From: Elusimicrobiota bacterium
GTDB taxonomy: Bacteria; CG03; SLGR01; JBDRKX01
DNA: 28,649 nucleotides
Reading direction: 5' to 3'
Assembly (NCBI GenBank): GCA_043813605.1
Contig: JBDRKX010000085.1
Coordinates: 1-28,649, forward strand
Shown in pieces: positions 1-8,189 of this stretch. The notes below the pieces were generated by a model that was not told the origin of the DNA, ran no database searches, and saw only the letters and a program-made list of their open reading frames with translations. Numbering within the stretch: position 1 is the first letter of the stretch; every line of letters starts with the position of its first letter. Position numbers and translations under genes: made by a program.

Positions 1-819
1 ATCATCGAGGTTCTTTGATCTCACTTTGTAATAATAAGTGACATTCGCGTTCAGTCCCTGGTGCGTGTATGTCAGCGCCGTATTTTCATAGATCACTCCG
101 TAATCGCCATTCGTCGCGGTCGACGCCTCTAACGAATAAACTGTACTTGCCGAATTACCGTTGTCCGTCCAGGATACCTCGACACTTTCTGATGCGACCG
201 CACCAAATGTCACTGCTCCCGGTACAGTAGATAACGTATGCGTGGAATTTTCCGCATTGTATGTTGTATAAACATCATCCAGGTTCCTTGCCCTTACCTT
301 ATAATAGTAAGTCACATTCGCGCTCAACCCCTGGTGCGTATATGTCAGTGCGGTGTCTTCGTAGATCACGCCGTAATCACCGTTCGTGGCTGTCGACGCC
401 TCTAACGAATAAAGAGTACTCGCCGAATTACCGTTATTCGTCCAGGAGACCTCGACACTATCCGATGCGACCGTACCGAATGTTACAGCGCCGGGTACGG
501 CAGATAATGTATGCGTAGAGTTCTCGGAATTGTACCCTGTATAAACATCATCGAGGTTCTTTGCCCGTACCTTATAGTAGTATGTCACATTCGCGTTCAA
601 GCCCTGATGCGTATATGTCAGCGCCGTGTCTTCATAGATGATCCCGTAACTGCCGTTAGTCGCTGTCGACGCTTCTAACGAATAAACCGTACTCGCCGAA
701 TTGCCGTTATTCGTCCATGAGACCTCTACACTGCCTGAATCGACTGTACCGAATGTTACCGCTCCGGGCGTTACGCATAATGTATGTGTATCTTTTGTAG
801 TATTGTAACTCGTATAAAG
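1..819 (-). repeat. Three near-identical 273-bp (91-aa) intragenic FN3 tandem repeats, plus a more diverged copy at about 820-1060
   Basis: The anchor ATCATC (NLDD codons) recurs at 1, 274 and 547. Unit: ..THTLSAVPGAVTFGTVASDSVEVSWTNNGNSASTLYSLEASTATNGDYGVIYEDTALTYTHQGLSANVTYYYKVRARNLDD. Units 1-273 and 274-546 differ at 11 of 91 residues. Confidence 0.95.
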
Positions 820-2943
820 GTCTTTAATACTTTTTGCCCTGACTTTATAAAAATATGTTGTATTAGTACTGAGTCCTGTATGCTCGAAACTTGCCGTATA
901 CGGACCCGAATAGAGCGTCCCGAAATCCGTATCAGTGCCAGTACTTCCTTCCAGTTCATAATGGGTTCCTGCTGGATTGGTATCGACCCAGCTGACTATA
1001 ATGCTGCCGGTATTTACTTCGGAAAAATTCAAGACTCCGGGCACAACGGCACGGGTCCACGCGGTAGCGGCATTGGAGAGTGCCGACCATTTGGGTATTT
1101 CGTCACAAGTCCATATTCTAAAATAATACGTTGAATTATCATCCAGATCCGGGACAGTCGTATTATGAGTTGATTTAGCCGCACATTCTGTCGATAACTC
1201 TATCTGGGCATTTGAAATATCCCACGACGCCCCCGGATCTTTTGAATGCTGGATCCTGAATTTACTGCCGGCAGTAAGAGGATTACTCCAGCCGTCGTCT
1301 CCCGGCGCGGTCCAGTTAAGAGAGATCTCCCCTTCGCCACCGCCGGTAAGAGCTGTCAGGTCCGTTATGGCAGCCGGAGGAATTACTTTCGGCAATGAAT
1401 CCGGGGAATTCGATATATATGATTCATAACCGGCATTATCAGTTGTTTTCAGAGCAAAATAGTATGTCGTTCCGGGAGTCATTGACTGAACTGTCATGTT
1501 CTCCGGACCGCCGGCGGATTTCGGTGAAGGTTCTCCGGCAGCCTGAGTGGCTGAATCCCATTCGCCTGATATATAATCATATTCTACCGTCACAGTATTT
1601 CCAGATGAATTACGGGAATGCGCTATCATTCCGACCATCTGCGCTGTTGCGGCAAAGGGTTCCGTTATTCCCTGAAGGACCGTCCAATCCGAACCGCTAG
1701 TGGAATAAAAACCGGTAAACCTCGTACCCGACTTTTTCAATCGCACATACGCGGGATAACTGGCGGTCACTTCAGCAGTATTATTTATTTTTGTTGCATA
1801 TCCGTCGTTATCCCAGTCCCAGAAAAAGACATAGCCATGCTGATGAGAGATAGCCATATAGCAATAGGCATTATACCCGCCGCCTGAGGGCAGCCTGTTT
1901 CTGACCATTATGCCGGCTCTGGACCATTCATCAAGGCCTGTACCTGACATACTGTCTATTTTGACTTTTATATCAAAATCGCCTGTAACAGTGCTGTATA
2001 CTATATAGAACTCATCTTTTATTATTCCCAAACCCGTACCATCACCGGTAATATTGAGTTTCCCACCGCTCTCTACGTACGAACCGCCTGAAGTATTGAC
2101 ATCAGTATCGCTCCACAGACCCGGAAGGAACCCGTCGGTAAACTCATCCTGCTCCCAGATATTGGTGTAATTATTATACCTCACGTCATAGGAAGCGGCC
2201 TGCCCGACTTTACCGTCTTCTCCGGAAGCGATCCAGGCGAGGTCTATATCCCCTTCATCCGTACCGGGAGCCGCGGTAAGGCCGGTCACGGGCGCAGGAG
2301 GCACTTCTATATCCACTTTCACATAATCGACACGCACAAGTTCACTGTCACTGTCACAGTATACTGCCCAGGTAAGTTTTTGGGTCCCGTCCAGATAATC
2401 GGTAAAATTCAAAGTAATAGAGCGTGTCATCGTTTCGTCTGTACCCGCAGGTATAGCTTCTGAAGTGCCTACCTGATCCCAGGAACTATCCAGCCACCAG
2501 TCCGTCCCGGCTCTCATAACATATATAGAGAAATTCGCGGCTTGATTACATTGCCCTTCAAATGTAAGGTCAATCTGTTTAATATCCCTGGGATTTTCGC
2601 TGATATTGTTTATCTCAAACCACATCAGTATCTCATCGCCATTACCCGGATCAACAGTCTGCCAGCGTTGATCTTCACTGGAATATATATCTATATATTG
2701 ATCATCTGTTGCTTCGTATGATTCCCAATCGTTTCTATTACCCGCGTTGTCGCCGAAGGGGAACACATCGGCAACGTATGCATAAGCATCGTGGGGACCG
2801 GATGTAGTCGTACCGGTATAATCGTATGTTACAGCAAAGGTAAACGGTGCTGTACATAAAAATATAATACCGGCCAGAAGTATTGCCTTGAAACAATGCG
2901 CTGTTTTATTAATATATTCAGTTTTATTATTTATACTGATCAC
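1..2943 (-). CDS. Giant secreted fibronectin type III repeat surface protein, 3'-truncated by the window edge (at least 981 aa)
   Basis: Translated by hand. The frame is open from GTG at 2943 (in-frame TGA just upstream at 2947-2949) to position 1. It has a Sec-type signal (..KAILLAGIIFLCTAPFTFA|VTYDY), FN3 motifs (PPAAITDLTA..ISLNWTAPGDDG; PGTTYYFALK; GLNANVTYYYKVRAKN) and 91-aa tandem repeats. It is missing from the ORF track because there is no stop inside the window. The start codon is uncertain because there is no close SD. Confidence 0.92.
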   Translation of the reverse strand, partial: MISINNKTEYINKTAHCFKAILLAGIIFLCTAPFTFAVTYDYTGTTTSGPHDAYAYVADVFPFGDNAGNRNDWESYEATDDQYIDIYSSEDQRWQTVDPGNGDEILMWFEINNISENPRDIKQIDLTFEGQCNQAANFSIYVMRAGTDWWLDSSWDQVGTSEAIPAGTDETMTRSITLNFTDYLDGTQKLTWAVYCDSDSELVRVDYVKVDIEVPPAPVTGLTAAPGTDEGDIDLAWIASGEDGKVGQAASYDVRYNNYTNIWEQDEFTDGFLPGLWSDTDVNTSGGSYVESGGKLNITGDGTGLGIIKDEFYIVYSTVTGDFDIKVKIDSMSGTGLDEWSRAGIMVRNRLPSGGGYNAYCYMAISHQHGYVFFWDWDNDGYATKINNTAEVTASYPAYVRLKKSGTRFTGFYSTSGSDWTVLQGITEPFAATAQMVGMIAHSRNSSGNTVTVEYDYISGEWDSATQAAGEPSPKSAGGPENMTVQSMTPGTTYYFALKTTDNAGYESYISNSPDSLPKVIPPAAITDLTALTGGGEGEISLNWTAPGDDGWSNPLTAGSKFRIQHSKDPGASWDISNAQIELSTECAAKSTHNTTVPDLDDNSTYYFRIWTCDEIPKWSALSNAATAWTRAVVPGVLNFSEVNTGSIIVSWVDTNPAGTHYELEGSTGTDTDFGTLYSGPYTASFEHTGLSTNTTYFYKVRAKSIKDLYTSYNTTKDTHTLCVTPGAVTFGTVDSGSVEVSWTNNGNSASTVYSLEASTATNGSYGIIYEDTALTYTHQGLNANVTYYYKVRAKNLDDVYTGYNSENSTHTLSAVPGAVTFGTVASDSVEVSWTNNGNSASTLYSLEASTATNGDYGVIYEDTALTYTHQGLSANVTYYYKVRARNLDDVYTTYNAENSTHTLSTVPGAVTFGAVASESVEVSWTDNGNSASTVYSLEASTATNGDYGVIYENTALTYTHQGLNANVTYYYKVRSKNLDD

Positions 2944-2982
2944 AATTCATAAAAATTATAATTATAGAGATCTCCTAGTTTA

Positions 2983-3011
2983 ATGTTAATTCATTACTTA
3001 ATTCCTTTCAA
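2983..3011 (-). promoter_or_regulatory. Candidate sigma70 promoter for the FN3 giant gene
   Basis: Minus strand TTGAAA (3011-3006), 17-nt spacer, TAACAT (2988-2983), about 40 nt upstream of the GTG. Confidence 0.35.
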
Positions 3012-3136
3012 TAGCAGGCGTGTTTTGTCACTAAAACGGCTTCTAGTGATATCGTTAAAATTGTTTGATCCGTATTACAGGAATGTCACGGCAGGTATTC
3101 TATTTTATTACATATCGGTTATCGCTGAGCGCTGTT

Positions 3137-4447
3137 TCAGACAACCCATTTTTTCTCATATGCCAGGTCTTCAAGAGTCTTCTCTATCATGCTTTTCTGT
3201 TTTTTTGTGAGTTTGTTCTTATCTGAACTGATAATATTTTTCAGGGCTTTTACTACCCTCCTCCTGAAATGGTAGTCGCTGTCATCTGTCTTGGACAGTA
3301 GCGTATCGATAACTTCCGCGTCCGGGGTTATCTCGCCCAGGACCCAGGCTGCGGATATCCTCATCCATTTATCATCACTGTTTATCATCTCATGGATATT
3401 CTGCATCGCTTTTTCGGGATTATAACGGTGCATTATCTTTATTGCAGTAGATTTCACCCTGTTGTCTTTTTCCTTTATAAAAGGTTCCAGAAGCCTTTCG
3501 GCTACAGCCGCATCTTCATCTTCTTCGACCAGTTCGGCCTCGATCACTTCAAGCCCTTTTGACCGTATCCTCGGATTCGGGTCATTCAGCATCTCCCGCG
3601 GCGTTGTATTTTTGGTATCCATCGGAGTATGCGTCAGCTTAAGCTGTGTTTTCCCTTGAGAAAGCGCCTGTCCCTGCTGCTGCACTATATTGAGTATCCT
3701 TGCCTGCTGTTCGACAAGGATATTTTCTCTTCTTACTGATGCTTTCATGACTATAAAATATACAAGTGCTATAATTGCCAGAAAAAATACCGCGAAACCT
3801 GTAATAGTAAATATAAACCTGCGCGAAGAAGCTTGTCTTTCCTGAGCCAGGCTCCTTTCAAGGGTCTGGAGCAGATATTTTCTTTCTTTATCCGAATCAG
3901 ACATGACCTGCCTCAGTATATCCTGCGGGTAAGTGTATGCTTCTATGAGTTTTTCCTGCTGTTTCTGAAAAGCCAATAAAAGCGAAGTCATTGCATTAGC
4001 CATTTGTATATCGTTAGCCGGAGGCGCCGATACAGTACGCACCGGCTGACTTTCAGCCTGCGTATTTTTTAGAGCAGGTTCTTTTACAGCAGGAGGATTG
4101 AGTTTATTATAAACCATACCGTACATCTTATTTACTTCTTCGTTGTCAGGATCAAGCCATTTTGCTTTTTCCAGGTATGGCAGAGCGTCACTGTACTGTT
4201 TATCGAGAAAAAATCCCGAACCTCTTTCGACAAGCACTTTTATCAGAAAGACCTGCATCTTTTTGTTCTCCTTGTCGAATTTTATCGCCTCTTCCGCATT
4301 ATTGATCGACCCGTCAAGATCGCCCTTCAGATAACTCTCAAGCGCCCTGTTAAAGTACAGTTGAGCAGTATCGTTCTTTGCATAGAGAGAACCGCCGGAC
4401 AGGCATGTTATTAGAAACAGTATTATTAAAAAAATCTTATATCGCAT
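3137..4447 (-). CDS. Membrane protein: signal peptide, TPR repeats, coiled coil, single TM helix, C-terminal HEAT-like repeats
   Basis: ATG at 4447 has a GGGAGG SD and is preferred over TTG 4510. Features: signal MRYKIFLIILFLITCLSGGSLYA; TPR motifs (YFNRALESYLKGDLDGSI.., ALPYLEKAKWLDPDNEE); TM FIFTITGFAVFFLAIIALVYFIVM; HEAT_2-like motifs (DPNPRIR, DNRVKSTA, DDKWMRISAAWVLGEI). Confidence 0.85.
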   Translation of the reverse strand: MRYKIFLIILFLITCLSGGSLYAKNDTAQLYFNRALESYLKGDLDGSINNAEEAIKFDKENKKMQVFLIKVLVERGSGFFLDKQYSDALPYLEKAKWLDPDNEEVNKMYGMVYNKLNPPAVKEPALKNTQAESQPVRTVSAPPANDIQMANAMTSLLLAFQKQQEKLIEAYTYPQDILRQVMSDSDKERKYLLQTLERSLAQERQASSRRFIFTITGFAVFFLAIIALVYFIVMKASVRRENILVEQQARILNIVQQQGQALSQGKTQLKLTHTPMDTKNTTPREMLNDPNPRIRSKGLEVIEAELVEEDEDAAVAERLLEPFIKEKDNRVKSTAIKIMHRYNPEKAMQNIHEMINSDDKWMRISAAWVLGEITPDAEVIDTLLSKTDDSDYHFRRRVVKALKNIISSDKNKLTKKQKSMIEKTLEDLAYEKKWVV

Positions 4448-4538
4448 TTTTCCTCCCGAATTTTCCCAAAAATATTTTATCTTTAATTTTTCGGCCAAAA
4501 TATTTCGCAATTATCCTCGTGAAATTTTCCTCGTAAAA

Positions 4539-5906
4539 TCATTCGGTGAACTGAAGGATAAAATCGACTTTGATCAAAAGATCCCCCGCATCAGTGTTCT
4601 CCGGATTTATCTGAATAACATTCTCAAGCGCTTCCTTAGCTTCACTGTACTGCTTGTTTTTAAGGAACGCGCGCGCGCTGAAAAAGAATTCTTCTTCAAG
4701 TTTTATTTCAACAAGCCTGTCGATCGCCTTTGCCTCGATTATCAGGTCGGACGCAAAAGCTTCGTTCCCTCTTTTCTTTTCCTCTATTGCCATCATGTAG
4801 ATATCTCTTGCTTTCACTGACAGCATGGCTTTATCGATCTTTTTCTTCAGTTCTACGGCGCCTTCATGATCAGGATCGGCTTCCAGCGTTTTCCGTACAT
4901 ATTCATCCGCTCTGTTGTAATCTTCGGCATGAAACGATTCTATCGCATCAGCGTAGTTGAGTTTCATATCAGCGGATTTCTGTTTTTCATTTATCATTTT
5001 CTGCGCCTCCGTAGGCAAGAGGCCAAACCTGCTCGATACGGATATCCTGTGTTTTGTTCCCGTAGCGTGCACCCCGAACGCATAATCCATCGATATCGAA
5101 GGCGTATTAAGGCCGAACCCGGCTGTTATTTCCTTGTAATCATACCCCGCGCGCAGCGCTATAAATTCATAAGGCGCGTATTCACAGCCCAGGTGACATT
5201 TCACGAATTTCGAATTAGCGCCCATCATGTTGATATAATCAAGGTCAATGGCGCCAGTTACCTTTCCTTCAAGTATACTTTTCGAAATACCGGTTTTCAG
5301 ATTCATCGGAAACCTGTCTGTTTCGTTCTTCAGTTTTATTCCGGGCCTTATAATATTCTGAATACATGCCCCTATGATGATCCCCCGGTACATGTATCTT
5401 GCCCCTATATCCATTCCGAAACCGGTATCCGAATATATGTATATCTTCTGGTGTACCGCTTTGATGTTTATTCCGAGATCCAGTTTTTTAATACTGCGGG
5501 CATAGGAGATGATATAAGCATTCTGGCTGTCACTGAACTCGGTATCATAATCTGTGTTCTCAATACCTCCGACCCGCATCCCTCCCACGGAAAGAGCAAG
5601 CACATTACCGTACACGATCGGATACGCTACAGAAACAAAATAGTAAGCGGTATCTTCAAAGAGCGGAGCATAGAGGAACGTTCCTTCCTTGAATATGAGA
5701 GGAGCAATACCCGCGGGATTCCAGTAGGGTGATGATGAACCGGAAGCAAGAGCCGTGCATGCCCTTCCCATTCCGAGGACCCTTGCGTTACCGGAAAAAG
5801 TATACAGGTATTCACCGGGAAGCCCGGCATCCTGGCCGGAATATGCTTTCAACGGGAAAACACATAAAAGAGCACAGTAAAATAAACATTTTACTGCCGT
5901 TCTCAT
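4539..5906 (-). CDS. PorV/PorQ (UPF0164)-like outer-membrane beta-barrel protein with C-terminal TPR extension
   Basis: Signal peptide, then the family motif GNARVLGMGRACTALASGSSSPYWNPAGI, amphipathic strands (GFGMDIGARY, ALRAGY, DYAF, HRISVSSRFG) and about 160 aa of TPR helices (LEADPDHEGA, AKEALENVIQINPENTDA). ATGA overlap with the upstream gene. Confidence 0.85.
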   Translation of the reverse strand: MRTAVKCLFYCALLCVFPLKAYSGQDAGLPGEYLYTFSGNARVLGMGRACTALASGSSSPYWNPAGIAPLIFKEGTFLYAPLFEDTAYYFVSVAYPIVYGNVLALSVGGMRVGGIENTDYDTEFSDSQNAYIISYARSIKKLDLGINIKAVHQKIYIYSDTGFGMDIGARYMYRGIIIGACIQNIIRPGIKLKNETDRFPMNLKTGISKSILEGKVTGAIDLDYINMMGANSKFVKCHLGCEYAPYEFIALRAGYDYKEITAGFGLNTPSISMDYAFGVHATGTKHRISVSSRFGLLPTEAQKMINEKQKSADMKLNYADAIESFHAEDYNRADEYVRKTLEADPDHEGAVELKKKIDKAMLSVKARDIYMMAIEEKKRGNEAFASDLIIEAKAIDRLVEIKLEEEFFFSARAFLKNKQYSEAKEALENVIQINPENTDAGDLLIKVDFILQFTE

Positions 5907-7786
5907 TTGATCACAGCTATCTTCCGCGTCTCTCCCAGAACTGCGGTCCCGTTTGAAGGCTCCGCGACGATATGGCAGAAATAAACGCCGTTGGCTACAA
6001 TTACCCCGTTACCGTTTTTGCCGTCCCATGTTATGGTGTTCTCATATCCGCCTGTTTCTCCCCTTCCGCCTTCCGAGCCCGCAGCATAAGTCATCTTTTT
6101 CACAAGGTTACCTGTAGGAGTGTAAAAATTCACCGTTACCTTGCAGTCGGTATCAAGGATATACCTTATTGAAGTCGACTGCTTTCCCGCTTCAAACGGG
6201 TTGGGCGTATTGTACAGTTCAAGCTCCGTGCCGCGGAGCGCGCGCGCCTCGTAGGATATGCTGACTTTTTCCAGCTGGGGAGTGTACCCGGTATCAGGAG
6301 TGGTAAAATAGGCCTTGTACGCGATATATCTTTTCCCTGTATGTATTGAACTTATGTCTTCACCTGAAGGCTGAGTGTAATATGAAGAAGATGTCCCGTC
6401 AGGCCCGAGATAGCTCCAGGGGCCCGCAGAACTGTCACTGGAAGCTACCTGGAATATCAATTCAGTCGAAGCGGACTGCGTTAAAGGTTCCCATGATATC
6501 TGAGAGAATTCGGCAGGGTTTCCCGCATCATATACTTTTGAGACAAACCGGCCGGAAGATGAGAAAGTAACGCTCTGGAACTTGAATATCAGTTCTTCAC
6601 AGGTTGTTTCTGTCCATAAAGTACCGTTATATGAAGTATAACACGCATCCGCTCCCATATATGTGGCCGATATAAGAGCCTGGTTTGTCTTTTCGGGTGC
6701 GTCCTGGTACGCGAGTATCTTCTTTATAATGTAGCAGTTATCCGTCGTTGATGAGGGTGATTTCAGGTATATCCTGTACTCATTGCCGTTCTTGAGCACA
6801 TGCGTGGTTTTGAACGAATGCTCGTATTCCTTGTAGTATGCCGCGACCTTTGTCTTATCAATAGCTGTTGTCTCCAGTATACTGCCGCCCGTTACATCCT
6901 GCAGTACGACATATAGATCGTTCACGGGAGAAGACACATTAGAACGGACATAAAAAGAAAACTTCTTCACTGTCTTATCACCGCCTGTAACGGCGATCTT
7001 CTCCCCGACATAAAAATCGGTATCAAAGACTTTTACATCCTCATCTATTTTTGTATACGGGTTCCCCTCATAATCACCATCTGCCGTTTCCAGCACGAAA
7101 ATTGGCTGCTCGTTAAGGGGTATCCAGGTCGCGCCTGAATCATTGGAAGAGAGCCGTTCCGACATCTCATCTACCGAATTGTCGTAAGGCAGCTTGTTGT
7201 TTTCCGGTTTGGTCCCATAGACTTGCATATAATGATTGCCGTCTATCGTACCGCTCTTGTATTTTATGACAAGGTGGTATGTCGTGCCTTTTGTGAGCTG
7301 GCACTGCGACGCGAGTGTTACAGCCTGCCAGCCCTGAAGTGGCGGAAATCCTGGCGCTATAGTCCCGCTGCTGAGCCAGACACCTGACACATTAGCCGGG
7401 TAGTTGTTCGAATTATCGTTCGCCTGTAAACCAACATGGTATTCCGGCATGGAAAGGGGAGGAACTAAAACTTTACTGTCCATACAGATCCAGAGCTTAG
7501 TTACGGCAAGATCTCTACTTGCTCTGAACCTTGCGGCAAACACTGCATTGCTGACCAAGTCGAAGGTTTCCTGTTCCTCGACCATAAAATCGTTTCCCCA
7601 TTCAACGGATTCGGTCGTATTAAGGCGGATAAGCGCATCGGCGCCCGTACCGTATATCTCGGTACCGTCCGTTTCGCCTTCCGCAAAAGCGGTTTCACCT
7701 GTCTGTGTCCAGGTAGCGGCAGGTAAAATGTCAGGAAATAAGGATATAAACAGTATCAGCAGAAACCTGAATAAAAGAGATTTCAC
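5903..7786 (-). CDS. Secreted beta-rich protein with C-terminal T9SS type-A-like / FlgD-Ig sorting domain
   Basis: Signal MKSLLFRFLLILFISLFPDILPA. C-terminus LYNTPNPF..IRY..VTVNFYTPTGNLVKK..ITWDGKNGNGVIVANGVYFCHI..RKIAVIK. GTG start with GAGGA SD, overlapping the response regulator stop (GTGA). Confidence 0.85.
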   Translation of the reverse strand: MKSLLFRFLLILFISLFPDILPAATWTQTGETAFAEGETDGTEIYGTGADALIRLNTTESVEWGNDFMVEEQETFDLVSNAVFAARFRASRDLAVTKLWICMDSKVLVPPLSMPEYHVGLQANDNSNNYPANVSGVWLSSGTIAPGFPPLQGWQAVTLASQCQLTKGTTYHLVIKYKSGTIDGNHYMQVYGTKPENNKLPYDNSVDEMSERLSSNDSGATWIPLNEQPIFVLETADGDYEGNPYTKIDEDVKVFDTDFYVGEKIAVTGGDKTVKKFSFYVRSNVSSPVNDLYVVLQDVTGGSILETTAIDKTKVAAYYKEYEHSFKTTHVLKNGNEYRIYLKSPSSTTDNCYIIKKILAYQDAPEKTNQALISATYMGADACYTSYNGTLWTETTCEELIFKFQSVTFSSSGRFVSKVYDAGNPAEFSQISWEPLTQSASTELIFQVASSDSSAGPWSYLGPDGTSSSYYTQPSGEDISSIHTGKRYIAYKAYFTTPDTGYTPQLEKVSISYEARALRGTELELYNTPNPFEAGKQSTSIRYILDTDCKVTVNFYTPTGNLVKKMTYAAGSEGGRGETGGYENTITWDGKNGNGVIVANGVYFCHIVAEPSNGTAVLGETRKIAVIK

Positions 7787-8148
7787 TTAGTATCCTCAAA
7801 AAACTTGATCAGCTTATCAATAAGGATATCAACTTCATAGGGCTTGGGAACAAAACATTCTATGTTCAAGCCGTTAAATTCCTGCCTGGCACCATCTTCC
7901 CCGGTACTGATGAATATAGGGATATTCTTCATCGAATCCTCTTCTCGCATTATCCTGGTGACTTCCAGTCCGCTCATCTCGGGCATCCGGATATCGAGTA
8001 TTACAAGATCGGGCAGTTCCTCGCGTATAAGGTTTATCGCTTCGTAGCCGTTATCCGCTTCAATTACTTCGTACCCTTCCTTCTGCATTGCGCATCTGAT
8101 GACATACCTGACACCCTTTTCGTCATCAGCTATAAGGATTTTTTTCAT
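7783..8148 (-). CDS. Single-domain response regulator (CheY-like receiver)
   Basis: KKILIADDE, PDLVILDIRMPEMSG (phospho-Asp), conserved T and KP; no output domain. ATG 8148 with GGGAGG SD is preferred over 8166. Confidence 0.93.
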   Translation of the reverse strand: MKKILIADDEKGVRYVIRCAMQKEGYEVIEADNGYEAINLIREELPDLVILDIRMPEMSGLEVTRIMREEDSMKNIPIFISTGEDGARQEFNGLNIECFVPKPYEVDILIDKLIKFFEDTK

Positions 8149-8189
8149 ATTTTGCCCCTCCCACAATATTGCGATATTGCAAATTTTTT

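Noticed and set aside
1..819. 273-bp repeats as a CRISPR array or DGR template/variable repeats
   Set aside because: The repeats are contiguous, in frame and coding, with no spacers. Differences are not confined to adenines, and no cas or reverse transcriptase gene is in the window.
261..1887. Short track ORFs at 261-518, 771-959, 784-1134, 1395-1700 and 1618-1887
   Set aside because: They are antisense or out-of-frame shadows of the giant FN3 gene, which has clear motifs in a single open frame.
2927..2950. ATG at 2950 as the start of the giant gene
   Set aside because: It is out of frame and stops after 7 codons (MNCDQYK). The in-frame start is GTG 2943.
2944..3136. c-di-GMP riboswitch upstream of the surface protein gene
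   Set aside because: No class I or class II consensus was recognised. There is only a modest hairpin (TCACTAGAA-GCCG-TTTTAGTGA) without a U-tract.
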